A stretch of 64,000 nucleotides of DNA from Cetorhinus maximus (taxonomy: Eukaryota), in contig NC_135901.1 of NCBI RefSeq assembly GCF_964194155.1, positions 22,940,001 through 23,004,000 on the forward strand. Direction: 5' to 3'. Every line of letters begins with the position of its first letter. Positions within the stretch are counted from its first letter, which is position 1. Shown one piece after another: positions 39,243 through 53,351 of this stretch. The notes below the pieces were generated by a model. It saw only the letters and a program-made list of their open reading frames with translations, searched no databases and was not told the DNA's origin. The translations under genes were made by a program, and so were the position numbers.

Positions 39243-39563
39243 ATATTCAGTACTCTGTTACCGAGTTAGCGATACAGTACTCTGTTACTGAGCTGGAGAT
39301 ATAGTACTCTCATACCGAGTGAGTGATACAGTACTCTATTACTGAGTGATACAGTACTCTAATGCTGGCTTAGAGATACAGTATCCTATTACTGAGTTAG
39401 AGATACAATACCCTATTCCTGAGTTAGAGATACAGTACTCTGATGCTGAGTTAGAGATACAGTACTCTGATGCTGAGTTAGAGACACAGTACTCTGATGC
39501 TGAGTTAGAGACACAGTACTCTGATGCTGAGTTAGGGACACAGTACTCTGATGCTGAGTTAGA
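39243..39563. repeat. 27-bp minisatellite (gagttagagatacagtactctgatgct), about 12 copies
   Basis: Direct repeats visible; 9-aa period ELEIQYSDA in the ORF track. Confidence 0.9.
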
Positions 39564-40560
39564 TTTACTTGGAACTTGCTGCCTATGATGCTGGTGGAAG
39601 CAGATATTAACAATGATTTGAGGATGGAATTAGTGGGCATTTGAAGGAAATAAACTTGCAGGACTATGAGAATCTAGAGGGTGAATGGGACTGACTGGAT
39701 TGCTTTACTCAGAGTGAGCGAGGACTGAGCTGCCAACTGTGATGAAATGTATTCCTGGAGGTTTCATCACCAGATTTACCTCAATGCTCCAGCAGTTAAT
39801 CAAACAACACAGGCATCCTTGTGGCGCACTGCCTTCCTACACCAATTGGAAAGCAAAAAGACTCATGACCAACTTGGATGATGCTCAACTGTCAGCCAAG
39901 CAGCCTTCCACACACCAGCACCAGCCCCCCCACCCCCCCCCCCCCCGCCACACACACACACACACACACACATTTTCAATATTTTTATATCTGGTAAAGT
40001 GAAATATTCTAAGAAAATGACAAAAAAAAATCTTTATTAATTTCCTGATGAATTTTCTCCAGGGTTTCACAAAGCAGTGAATTGGAAAATGGTCTTCAAT
40101 TCCTGGAGACTCTAGGCTAATCTTGGACAGTTGGCATGGACTTGAGTTGCTGAATGGACCCCTTCTATGCCGAAATGACTCTATGGTTGAAAATATAAAA
40201 TGCGACTACCTCATATATTACAAATGTAAAAATAATAATAAATGTACATTATTAAAGAACCAAAAATAATATATCTAATATGTACCATATAACAACACTA
40301 GACAGATCTCTGTCCTATATTAATTTACTGCCCCTTAAATGTCAGCCATCTCCTGGGGAAACCATCCCTTTAATTGTGAACATTAGAAAAGAGACCATCC
40401 TTTTAGCCAGACAAATAAATGTGTCAAGCTGAGGGAGCAAAGGATGTCAATGTCTTTAAAAGAGGAGAGACCTGGGCCAACCTTTCCAGAGTCTGCACCC
40501 TCCCTGGATTCACTTCCTTTCCCTTCAGTTCCTGCAAGTCAACAATTTAAACCTAGAATT

Positions 40561-40731
40561 CTGTGGCTCAGTTCATAGCACCCTCGCCTTTGAATCAGAG
40601 GGTTGTGGGTTCATGTCCCACTCCCGGAAACCAAGAACTGTGATTGTACTCGAAAAGAGTTGCAATCTGTGACTGTTGGTAACTCGAACGAGTTTCCTAC
40701 AGGTAGGAAGTAGACGATAGAGATTTAAAAA
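40561..40731 (+). mobile_element. Short tRNA-headed SINE-like insertion with perfect 17-bp TSD
   Basis: Head gtggctcagttcatagc...gggttcatgtccc; TSD aatttaaacctagaatt at 40544-40560 and 40732-40748. Confidence 0.85.
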
Positions 40732-40786
40732 AATTTAAACCTAGAATTAGAAAAGTAATGGAAAGGGGGAGAAATGAAAGTGTTTT

Positions 40787-41200
40787 ACTCACAGCTATGG
40801 GACACAGAAGGAAGTTTTCGTCTATGTGAAGCTCAATCGCAAAGCCTGCACTCTGATTGGCTGGAGCACCAGAGTCCTTCCGGTCCTCCAAGTCTTCCCA
40901 TTGGTCAATATCTCAGCGCGATGGGAACGTTGGGGGGGGGGGGGGGGGGGGGTTCCCCGCGCACGCGCAGCTTCCCTCTTGGACATGCGCAGTCCGCCCG
41001 CCGCGCAGCGGATAGAGCGGTTTTACCAGCGCGAGGGATTGTGGGAGCTGCAGCCACCATTACTCGTCCTGATCTCAGTTTCCAAGACCCTGAGGCCTGG
41101 ATGAAATGTACAGGAGGGATGGCGCATTGACCCCACACCGACACAAAGTATATGTGGGTAGTCACTGGATTTTATTGCGGCGCCTCTTTAGCCAATCAGT
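40787..41200 (-). promoter_or_regulatory. CpG promoter and first exon of ZF unit 7
   Basis: GTGAGT donor on minus at 40787-40792; two attgg; catgcgc; poly-G tract. Confidence 0.7.
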
Positions 41201-41599
41201 TTGTTAACTTCCATCGCAAGGATTTAGACTTCAATACAAGCAGAAAGTGCTGGAGATACGCAGGCCTCTGCTATTAAAGAAAAATATTCGACGTACTTTT
41301 TTAAGTACCTGTACTGCTACCTTCATGGATCTGTAGGCATACCCTCCAAGGTCTTTCGGTTCCTCTACACATTTCACTATTCAATCATTTGTTCTGTATT
41401 CCCTTGCCTTGTTAGGCTTCCCCAAATTAATTACCTCAAACTTCTCTGGGATTGAACTCGGGGATTCCCTCCTTGAAGCTTCCCACCTGTCTAAATAAAT
41501 ATCAGTACTGAGAGAATGCTGCACTGTCAGAGGTGCTGTATTCCAAATGAGAGGTTAAACTGAGGTCCCATCTGCCCTCTCATAGGTACATAATATATT

Positions 41600-43110
41600 T
41601 ACAGCAGAGAAGGAGGCCATTTGGTCCATTGTATCTGTGCCAACCAAAAAAGAACAATCCACCTTCCAGCTCCTAGTCTGTATCCCCATAGATTACATCA
41701 TCCCAAATTCATATTCAAGATTTTTTTTTTCATTGTGATGAGGATTTCTGCATCTTCCAACCTTTCAGGCAGTGAATTCCAAATCTCCACCACCATCTGG
41801 GTGAAACAATTACTCAACTCCCCTCTAATCCTTCCAGCAATAACTGTAAATCGATGCTCCCTGATGACTGGCCCCTCTACTATGGGAAATATTCACTCTA
41901 TCTGGGCCCCTCAGAATTACAGACAGCTCAATTAAATCTTTCTTCAGCCTCTTCTGTTCAAAAGAAAAAAACCCCCAGCCTCTCCAATCTTTCCTCATTG
42001 TTAAAATTCTCCATTCTTGGTAACATCATCATAAACCTCCTCTGTCCCCTCTCTGGTGCGATCACACCCTTTTTGTAATGTGGTGACCAGAACTGTACGC
42101 AGTACTCCAGCTGTAATCTAACTAGTGTTTTATATAATTCTAGCATAACCTCCCTATATTCTAGGCCTCGGTTATTAAAGGAAAGTATCCACTATGCTTT
42201 CTTACCCACCTTAACTACCTGTGCTGCGACCTTCAGGGGTGGTTGAACATACACTCCAAGGTCCCTCTGTTCCTCTATGTTTCTCACTATCCTGCCATAT
42301 ATTGTGGTAAATCCACTGCCTTGTTAGCCTTCACCAAATTTATTACCTCATTCTTCTCCGGACTTGAATTCCATTTGTCACATTTCTGCCCACCTGAACA
42401 GTCCATTGATATCTTTTTTTTTATTCATTCATGGGATGTGGGTATCGCTGTCTCAGTCACCATTTATTGCACATACCTAATTGCCCTTGTTCATGGGGCA
42501 GTTAAGAGTCAACCACATTGCTATGGCTTTGGAGACACATGTAGCCCAGACCAGGTAAGGCCGGCAGATTTCCTTCCCTAAAGGACATTAGTGAACCAGA
42601 TGGGTTTTTACAACAATCGACAATGGTTTCATGGTCATTGTCAGACTTTTAATTCCAGACTTTTTTATTGAATTCAAATTTCACCAGTGGGATTTGAACC
42701 CGGGCTCCCAGATCATTACCCTGGGTAATCTTCCTGCAGTCTAAAGCTTTCTTCCTCACTATCAAACCCACAGCCAATTTATGTATCATCTTCAAACTTC
42801 TTAATCATAACCCTTATGTTTAAGTCTAAATCATTGATATATACCACAACAGTAAGTGACAGGTACTGTTACCTGTAGAACCCCACTGGCAACAGTCTTC
42901 CAATCACAAAAACATCCATTGACCATTACCCTTTGTTTCCTGCCACTGAGCCAGTGTTGGTTCAAACTTGTTAATTCTGCTTGGATCCCATGAATGGTTA
43001 ATTTACTGATCAGTCTGCCATGTGGAACCTTATCAAAAGCCTTGCTAACATCCATATAGACCACATCCAATGCATTACCATCATCAACGCTCCTTGTTAT
43101 GTACTCAAAA
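41600..43110 (-). mobile_element. CR1 LINE RT/3' region with a SINE A insert (42420-42728, -)
   Basis: [28 protein letters not shown]. Confidence 0.85.
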
Positions 43111-43149
43111 GAGAGAGAGGGGGAGGGGGAGGAGCGAGAGAGAGAGAGA

Positions 43150-43589
<440 letters not shown>

Positions 43590-44399
43590 TTACAGGGGTT
43601 GGATTCTACTGTTATTGCTGCTGTTAATCACATCCAGGACTGAACCATGTTCATTCTGACAGTTGGTGAAGTGCGGGGGTCGGAAAGTTTCTTTCTGCTT
43701 GACAGGCCAGTCTTACGACTTTGCTTCCAGTGGGCTGATGCTCTTTGAGCCTGGGAGTGCACGTTTCCACTGAAATGATCCACAAAAGCTGATGAAGTAG
43801 ATTTTATTTTATCTTGGATAGTAAGAAGTGTTTTTCTTACCACTACAGGTAGATCTAAAATAAATACGTTTGCCTTTGTTCCATTGAGTCTATAGCACAG
43901 GACCAAGCCACTCAGCTCAATTGGTCTATGTCAGTATTTATGTTCCACGTGAGCCTCCACCCACCCTCTTCACTCCCCCCAACAGCATATCCTTCTATTC
44001 CTGTCTCCCTAATGTTTGTATCTAGCTTCCTCTTAAATATATTCATGCTATTCACCTCAACCACTCACTGTGGTCGCAAGCTTCACATTCTCACCACTTG
44101 CTGGGTAAAGAGGTTTCTCATGAAATCCCTATCGGATTATTGAGCCTCTTCATAATCTTAGACTTCCATCAGGTCATCCTTCAGTCTTCTTTTTTCTAGA
44201 GAAAAGCAGCCCCAGCCTTCCCTGAGGGATAAACACTTTCAATTTCTGGTCTGATCCTTGTGAATATTTTTGGCACCTTCTCCGGTGTGTCTATCTCCTT
44301 TCCCTAAGTGGAGATCATGAATATTGACTGTCCTCCCAGTGTAGTCTAACTGTGGTTCCAAACCAGTGGAAGATAACCTTCCTGCTTCTCAATTCTATC

Positions 44400-44900
44400 C
44401 ATAGAACCACAGGAAAGTTCGGTGCAGAAAGAGGCCATTCAGCCCATCGTGTCTGCGTCAGCCAAAAAAGAGAAAAAAGAAACTCGCTGCTCATTTCTTC
44501 CCAAACTTTCCAGCACCTGGTCCATAGCCTTACAGGTTACAGCACTTCAGATGCAGGTCCAGGTAGCTTTTAAGTAAGTTGAGTGTTTTAGCCTCAACCA
44601 CAAACTTAGGCAGTGAATTCCAAACTATAATTTTATACATCATTACATCCCTGCTTTTGTATTCAATACTTTGCCCAATAAATGAAAGCATTCCATATGC
44701 TTTCTTGACCATCTTGTCCACCTGTCCTGCCACTTTCAAGGCATTGTGGACATGCACTCCAGGGTCTCTCACTTCCTCAATCCCTCTCAATAGCTTCCCG
44801 GTTATTGATCATTCCCTTGTTTTGTTTCCCCTCCCCAAATGCATTGCCTCACACTTTTCTAGATTGAATTCCAGTTGCCACTCTTCCGCCCACTCAACCA
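44400..44900 (-). mobile_element. CR1 fragment
   Basis: MVKKAYGMLSFIGQSIEYKSR; tail on minus. Confidence 0.75.
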
Positions 44901-44969
44901 AACCTTAAAGCCGTCGACTCCAGAATTATCTCAACCAAACCATTGATATAATTCTGGAGTTGACAGCTT

Positions 44970-45400
44970 TAAGGGTGGAAAGCAGGATGAGCAAGTGACA
45001 GATGGCCCGAGTGGGGGTGGGTTCGAGGGAGGGGATTGAAATAGGCTAAAAGGTGGGGATAAAACAATATTGTCACCATTGTCATCTTAATGTCACCATT
45101 AGCACATCCTTTAGCTAATATCACCACCATCAACACCCCTTTGACCTTTTGTTTATGACATCTTTGGTAATCTCTCCTTTGCCTCCACCTATCACTGGCC
45201 CTCTATCCAGCTTCACCTGTCCAACCCCCCCTTAAACAGCTTATATTTCATATTTCTATTTAGTTCTGTTGAAGAGTCATACGAACTCGAAACGTTAACT
45301 CTGTCTTCCTATCCACAGATGCTGTCAGACCTGCTGAGTTTTTCCAGCAATTTTTGCTTTTGTTTCAGATTTCCAGCATCCGCAGTATTTTGCTTTTATC
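44970..45400 (+). mobile_element. Penelope 3' remnant with inverted 5' piece
   Basis: ctgttgaagagtcatacgaactcgaaacgttaac and gatgctgtcagacctgctgag tail. Confidence 0.75.
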
Positions 45401-46254
45401 TTAGAGATTTTTAGAAGTTTTACATATTACATTGACTGGTGCCATGGCATCTGGGGCAGACTAGGGAGCATTTACGTGGAGATGGTGCTACTATCCAGAG
45501 TGTAACGGTAATGCTGCTGCACTTTGATACTACTGCTCAGACATTAGCAAGTGTCAGGTCTTATTTATAATAAAATCTAACCACTATCGCCAATCAGTGT
45601 TATCACTGTGAATCATTTCAGAGTTTGGGAAAGGGGGATAAATTAACTCCCTGAACCCCATTTTCTAACATCGCTGTGTCAAAAATAAAATCACATTCCC
45701 CCCTCTCTGGCTCCTTTGCCAATTACCTTAGAGGGGCTCACTTTCTGTTAAAGAGCCTGCCAACCCCTCTCACCCACTTTCCCTAAAGTGCATGAACCTA
45801 ATCATGAAAGGTCCAGAAAAATCAAATATTTTTACTGATAGAAGTTCATTAATGAAACAGAACATATTTTTTTAATTACTTGAGGATCAAAGACAACCTG
45901 AGTAAAAGGATTTGCACAATGTTCTGGACCCAAATGGTTTCTCTTCAGCTCCTCTGAACGTTGTTCCCGTGACTCCCCGCTTTGGACACAGGGGCACTGA
46001 GCACCGGGAGTCACATCACCATCAGCCCCAGTCACTTCCCACCCCTTCCCTAATTGGCTGGAGGCCCATTTCCTAGTCAACCTATCAGCATTCCTGTGTA
46101 TTAGTCAACACCCATGGCAGTTTCTTAACTGGGACACAGGCCCCGTTATTCTCAGCTAAATTCAGCCCTCAGCTCCGTCACCTGGCTGTCATTGACATGA
46201 ACAATAGAGACAGAAAGAAAGGTCAAATGGGAATTCAAAACTCATGGAAGTCGA

Positions 46255-46480
46255 AACTTGAGAGAGTGCTGGACTGCTGGTTGAGATGCCAATGCTAAGG
46301 CCCCGTCTGCCCCTTTGGGTGGACTGAGAAGTTCCCATGGCCACAATTTCAGAGAAGAGCAGGGGCTGCTGTGTTTCCTAAATTACAACAATGACTACAC
46401 TTCAAAAAGTACTTCATTGGCTGTAAAGCACTTTGGGCTGTATTGTGGTTGTGAACAGCCCTTACAAATGCAAGTTTTTA
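46255..46480 (+). mobile_element. Deu-domain SINE remnant (mirror of 33560-33900)
   Basis: ggccccgtctgccc...gaagagcagggg...gactacacttcaaaaagtacttcattggctg. Confidence 0.65.
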
Positions 46481-49289
46481 AATTCAAGTTTTGTGTTACC
46501 TGATCTTATGATCTGAAACTTAATCAATTTCAGCCACACCCAACTTGCCAATTAATGAATTCACTTTGGTTGAGACAAGAATTTCACCAATTAAGGCAAA
46601 GGCAGAATTCTCTGGATTGTAAGTTAAAAAAGAAGTTTATTAAAAGAAAAAGGTTTACTTCACAACTTTAAAATAATGACTTTACAACCTCATGTGGTGA
46701 TCAGTCCATAAAAGCATAAGCCTCTCAGGCTCCTTCTTTGACAGCAATTTTTATGGAATTCAGCCGCGGGAGTCTGGCTCCTTCTTTGACAGTAATTTTC
46801 TTGGAACTCAACCTGGGGAATCTTCATACTTGGATAGCAAGGAAGACCTTCAGAACCTCTATTTTTATGTCCAATGTGACATTTACCTCATGTCAGAGTG
46901 GCGCTTGTTGTAACATGACAATTGGTTAATTTAATTGGATCCCAAATTACTTAGTACATCTTCTCATTATCTTAGACAGGAATACAATAGAACTGTTTCA
47001 TACGATCCCTTTATCTGATTCTATCTGATCCCTTATACAGTTCCAAATGTTGAGGCTAATCAGGGTTTGAAGGTCTCTCTTGCCAGTACATTTATCTTCA
47101 TTGCACATTCTTTACGTACACAGCAATTAAGGTTTTACAGCAAATAAAACTCAGTCTTTTACTATAACTACTGATTCAGAATTGATTTATTAATTGTAAT
47201 TCAATTAAGGTTCACTACTTATTCAATCAGGTGTTACTGACTGGAAGCTAATTAATACAGTAATATTTAATTAATAGATTTGGTTGATACAAGAAAGAAT
47301 GGCTCAAAAAGACAGTTTGCAGAAGACAATAGTTTCTTACTAATCTTAATTGGATTGAACAATGAGCCTTATTCTTGAACTGAACTTTTGCAGAATATGA
47401 CGTCCTATAACTTATCAAAATTAGAAAAGAATTTCTTTGTTTAAACAATTTGCATTTGGCCTGCAGGTTCTGGAAACATTTATATTGATACAGTTTTTAT
47501 GATTAAAAAAATGAAGATCCAGCCACATTAGAGTTTAAAATGGCTTCCTTAACCTTGTTACCTATAACAGTGAATACAATGTGAAAGTGATTGATTTTTA
47601 AAACTAAATTTAGCTACCCAGGCCTACCTACAGTTTCATACATTACAACAGTGACTTGACTTCAGAAGTACTTCATTGGCTGTAAAACGCTGTAGGAGGT
47701 CATGTAGCGGTGCAAGGTGCTAAGAAATGCAATTTTTTCCAACTGACCACAAATTTGGATATATTACACTTTGTCTGCACATCAAAATAATATGGATTGA
47801 GTCTTAATTTTGTGCAATAACCTTGTCTTTGACAACATTTCAAACACACTTGTGAAACTCTAAACATGCTACATCCTGAATTATTTGCGTTGAAACACAG
47901 TGAGTTTTTGTGATGTGGAACCCACTGCCTGAAAATGGTGCAGAGAGCAGATTGGACTCTATCTTTCAAAACAGAATTGGGCAGATTCTTGAAAGGAAAA
48001 TAAAATTGCAGGGTTCTGGGATTAACTGGGTAGTTTCTCAAATATCTGGCATGAACACGATGGGCCAAATAGCCTCCTTCTGTGCTCTGTGACCCTTGTG
48101 TGCATTTAAAATGAGTGGTAATGACCTGGAACCCACTTCCTATGAGTGTGCTAGAAGCAGAGATGATGGAATGATTTCTAAAGGAAATTGGATGGGCACG
48201 TCAGGGAAATGAACCTGGAGTGCTACAGGGATAGGACTGGGCAATGGGACTGACAGGTTTTCTCTACAGAGAGCCAGCATGGACTCGATGGGCAGAATGG
48301 CCCCATTGCCTACACTAATGACTCAATGATCTAATGAGAGAGATTTCAACTGATCCAGTCTTTCCAACTAACTGAAGTCCCTCATCCCTCGTGGCAATTT
48401 CATAAATCCTCTCTCCAGACTTCCGAAGAACTTCGCAAATTTCCTTGAATGTGGAGCCCACATGTAGGGCATTTTAGAGGGATAGAATGAAAAACAGGGA
48501 GTTTATGTTCAACTGGTTCAGAACCATGGTTAGACTACACTGGAAGGATGGTCAGCATTTGTGATCTCCATTTCGAGAAAGGAAATAAGGCACTGGAGGA
48601 GGGGAAACAAAGATTTAAACAAGAATAATACCTGAACTGAGAGCATTTAACCCTCATGAAAGGCTGGGGCGCTATTCTCTAGAAAAGAGAAGATTGAAGG
48701 GTGACCTGATGGAAGTCTTTAAGATTATAAAGGGGTTCAATAATTCAACAGGGATTTCATGAGAAACATCTTCATCCAGCGAGAGGTGGGAATGTGGAAC
48801 TCATTACCACAGCGAGTGGTTGAGGTGAATAGTGTGAATACTTTTAAGGTGAAGCTAGATACATACATTAGGGAGAAAGGATATAGAAGGATATGCTGAT
48901 GAGGGGAGATGAAGAGGGTGGGTGGAGGCTCATGTGAAGCATAAATATTGACATAGACCAACTGATCCGACTGGCCTGGCCCCTGTGCTGTAGACTCAAT
49001 GGAACAGAGACAAATGTATTTATTTTAAATCTACCTGTAGTGGCAGGAAAGACACTATTTACTATTCAGGATAAAATAAATATACTTCATCAGCTTTTGT
49101 GGATCATTTCAGTGGAAATGTGAGCTCCCAGGCTCAAAGAGCATCAGCTCACTGGAAGCAAAGTTGTGAGACCGGCCAGTCCAGTAGAAAGAAACTCTCC
49201 CGACCCTCCCACTTCACCAATTGTCAGAATGAACATGGTTCAGTCCTGGATTAACAGCAGCAATAACAGCAGAATCCAACCCCTGCATT

Positions 49290-50324
49290 CACTTGTGAAC
49301 TCGTTGGTGTCTCGGTAGGTGTGGTGAATGAGTGAATCCCTTCCCACACATGGAGCAAGTGAATGACCTTTCCCCGGTGTGAATTCGCGGTGTGCCCGCA
49401 GGTTGGAAGATTGAATAAATTCCTTCCCACACTCAGAGCAGGCAAATGGTTTCTCCCTGGTGTGAACTCGCTGGTGTGCCCGCAGGTTGGAAGACTGAGT
49501 GAATCCCTTCCCACACTCAGAGCAGGTGAACGGCCTCTCCCCGGTGTGAACGCATTGGTGTGTCCAAAGGTTGGATGACGTTGTAAACCTCTATGCACAG
49601 TGAGAACAGCTGAACGGTCTCTCCTCAGTGTGAATACGTTGGTGGACCCTCAGATCTGCCGCACTTTTGAAGCTACTCAAACAGTCAGAGCATTTAAAGG
49701 GTCTCTCATTGGTGTGAGTGATATGGTGTGCCAGCAGGCTGGATGACTGAGTGAATCCCTTCCCACACTCACAGCAGGTGAACGGCCTCTCCCCAGTGTG
49801 AACTCGCTGGTGCTTCTGCAGGGTGGTGACTTAGTGAATCCCTTCCCACATTCAGAGCAGGTGAATGGCCTCTCCCCAGTGTGACTGCGTAGATGAATCT
49901 CCAGCTCTGATGGAGCTTTGCATCCCTTCCCACAGTCTCCACATTTCCATGGTTTCTCCATAGTGCGGGTTGCCTTGTGTCTCTCCAAATTCAACGATGA
50001 GTTGAAGTCTCGTCCCCACACAGATAATGTGACAGACAACAGTCTCTCACTGCTGTGAATGGTGCCATGTTTGTTCAGATTGTATAACTGGTTAAGTCTC
50101 TTTCCACAGTCAGTACACTGGAACACATTCAGTCAGGTGTGTGTGTCTCGGTGCTTTTCCAGTCACACTGATGTTTAAAACCTTTTGAAGCAGACAGAAC
50201 AGACAAACATTTCTCCTTCCAGATTCAAAGGCCAGTGTTTTGCACGTCCCAATTAATCAAGTGACTTTGTGAGGTTACGATGTGATGTTTTGGGATTTCT
50301 GTCTGCAAATCCTCTCCTAAAATA
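49290..50324 (-). pseudogene. C2H2 ZF unit 9; frameshifts and stop
   Basis: MEKPWKC present; frameshift near 49830 and near 49390; TAG near 49592. Confidence 0.85.
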
Positions 50325-50624
50325 CTGTAAAAAGAATTTACAAAAGTCATCATTGTCAGTATAGGACAAAAATTCATAACAGCCAATTCTAGTTGCTTTG
50401 GCTTATTCTTTCTTCTCTTGATATACAGGTGGAATGGGGCTCTACAGAGAGTCAGCATGGACTCAAGTTGCTGAATGGACAACTTCTGTGCCTTAATGAC
50501 TGGAAATATATACAGTACTATATAGGAAAACTAGAAATAATAATAAATGTACTTTATTAAAGAACCATAAAAATCTAGCATTTACTGTATTAACACTAGA
50601 CATACACAATCTATATTCAAAAAT

Positions 50625-51950
50625 AGAATCATAGAGTTTTATAGCATGGAAAGAGGCCCTTCAGCCCATCATGTCTGCGCCAGTCATCAAGCCTCTATCT
50701 ACTCTAATCCTGTTTTCCAGCACTTGGCCCATAGCCTTGTGTGCTATGGCATTTTAAGCGTTCATCTAAATACTTCTTACATGTTGTGATGGTTCCTGCC
50801 TCTACCACCCTTTCAGGCAGTGAGTTCCAAAAACCCCCCACCCTCTGGGTGAAAAAAATCTTTCCTCAAATCCCTTCCAAACCTCCTGCTCCTTACCTTA
50901 AATCTATGCCCCCTTGTTACTGACCCCTCCACTAAGGGGAAAGGTTTCTTCCTATCTACACTATCTGTGCCCCTCATAATCTTGTACACCTCAATCAGGT
51001 CCCCCCTCAGCCTTCTCTGCTCTAAGGAAAACAACCCCAGCATATCTACCCTTTTTTGATCCTTTTTTTTAACTATCATTTTTATTTCGTAATTTTTATT
51101 TGTTTATTTATATATCTTTTCCCCACTTATTTTCATTATTATTATTTTTTAAATTTATTTCAATTTTTATTCATTGTTTTGTCCCCAGCTTTTAGCCTTT
51201 TCGATCTTTTTTCCCACCACTGTCCCCTCCCCCCACCCCACCCCACTCCACCCCACCCCCACTAGGGTCATCTGTCACTTTCAAGAGTGCTTACCCTGGT
51301 CCTGCCATTATCATATTCTGCTTTCCACTCTTCATATCTCCATTAGCACCTCCTTTAGCGAGTACCATCGCTATTAACAGCCCTTTGAGCTTTTGTTTAT
51401 GACATCTTTCGCAATCTCTCCTTTGCCTCCACCTGTTACACCTCCTTTAAACAGTATATATTTCACCACATTTCTACTTCCCTTTAGCTCTGAAGGAGAG
51501 TCATACGGACTCAAAACGTTAACTCTGTCTTTTTTCTCCACAGATGCTGTCACACCTGCTGAGTTTTTCCAGCATTCTTTGTTTTTGTTCCAGCCTATCT
51601 AGTCTCTCTTCATAGCTGAAATGATCCAGCCCAGGCAACACCCTGGCAAATTTCCTCTGCACCCTCTCCAGTGCAATCACAAGCTTCCTACAGTGTGGTG
51701 ACCAGAACTGCACACAGTACTCCAGATGTGGCCTAACACTTTATACAACTCCATCATAACCTCCCTGCTCTTGTATTCAGTGCCTTGTCGAATCAAGGCA
51801 AGTATCCCATATGCCTTCTTAACCACCATATTTACCTGTCCTCCTCTCATCTAGAATTGATGGACATGCACACCAAGGTCCCTTTGTACTTCCAAGGGTC
51901 CTACCACTCTCGTGTTGGCTTGTTAGTCCTCCCAAAATGTAACACCTCAC
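50625..51950 (-). mobile_element. CR1 3' region interrupted by a Penelope remnant (51049-51589, +)
   Basis: LGLFSLEQRRLRGDLIEVYKIM; TSD-like ccagc(a/c)tatcta at 51037-51048 and 51590-51601. Confidence 0.8.
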
Positions 51951-52231
51951 GCTTTAATGTCCTAGCTTGTCATCTTAAATGTCAGCTAACTCCTGGGGAA
52001 ATCATCCCTTTAATTGTGAACATTAGGAAAGAGACCAACCTTTCAACCAGACAAATTAATGTGTCAAGTTGAGGGAACAAAGAATGGCAATGATTTTAAG
52101 AGAAAGAGACGTGAGCCAACCTTTCCAGAGTCTGCACCCTCCCTGGATTCACTTCCTCTCCCTTCAGTTCCCGCAAGTCCATAATTTAACCCCAGAATTA
52201 AAAAAACAAATAGAAGTAAAAACACTGATTT

Positions 52232-52700
52232 CCTCACAGATGTTGCCCAGAGGAGGAAGTTTTGGTTTGAAGCTGATTGTCCACCTTTCGCATTGTGACG
52301 TCCACAATGGAACGTTGGCCGAATCAGCCAATAGGAATCACACTGTTCCGCGGTGACGTCCTCGGGTTCCAGTCTACAGGCCAAGCGCGCGGACACTGGA
52401 GCACCGCCCCCACCCGATATTCCCCCTCCTCCTGCACCTCCTCGAGACAAGGTTTCCAGCTAACCGGCTGACGGCTCCGGCCAGAGGGAGAAGTCGCTCG
52501 GCGAACTCACCCCTCCCCCCACTGTCTACGGCGGTTGGCTGGTTCAAAAAGAGATCGAGCGCCTGCTCCGGACAGCAGCGCTTTCTGCGCCTGCGCTGCC
52601 AGCTGAGGGAATGGGGGAGGGGAGTTTACAATATGTCTTCCCCTCATTTTCTTCCAAGTCCTGTAGTTTGATTTTAAACAGCACAACATTTGTTTTAGCT
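52232..52700. promoter_or_regulatory. CpG promoter between divergent units 9 and 10 (inverted paralog of 27000-27500)
   Basis: gtgacgtc twice, ccaat, tgcgcctgcgc; donor on minus at 52232-52237. Confidence 0.7.
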
Positions 52701-53351
52701 TCGCACACTCTAGAGGCTGAGTTTCCTCAATTTCTCCTCATAGGAAAATCCCACCCTGCAGGCATTAGTCTGGTGAACCTTTGCTAAACTCTCCCTTGTG
52801 ACAAGTATATTCTTCCTTAGGTAAGGAGACCAAAACTGTATTAAACACTCCAGCTAATGGAGGGAGTGTGTGTGGGGGCAGCTACTTACAGCGCTTGGGG
52901 AGTAAGAAAGGAAATAATGTTCCAGAGAAATTAAGAACAGGCAATTCCAGTTTCTATCCTGGACTGAGGGTGCTGACTTTTATAAAGTCCTTTGAGAGGC
53001 TATTTGAAGAGGAGGATTTACAGAGACGGAAATCGAACCAAACATCAAGTGAAGAATTGGCAGTCACTCAATTATTGCGCGACCTGAACATCATCGGCCT
53101 TTGAATCTTGAAGGAGAAAACTTTGTTTGTTCTGTGTGCTTCAGAAGATTTTAAAATCAGTGTGACTGAGAAACGACACAGACACACACCCGAGTGAGAG
53201 TGTTCCAGTGCACTGACTGTGGCAAGAGCTTTAACCAGTTAAACAGCCTGTAAGAACATCACTATTTACAGCTGGGAGAGACCGTACATGTGCTGTATGC
53301 GGACGCCTCAGCTGATCAACGAACCAGAAGAGAGACTAGGAGGCCCACACC

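Noticed and set aside
39346-39640. Repetitive ORFs (ELEIQYSDA / LTQHQSTVS) or a CRISPR-like array
   Set aside because: A 27-bp head-to-tail minisatellite with no unique spacers; the ORFs follow from the period
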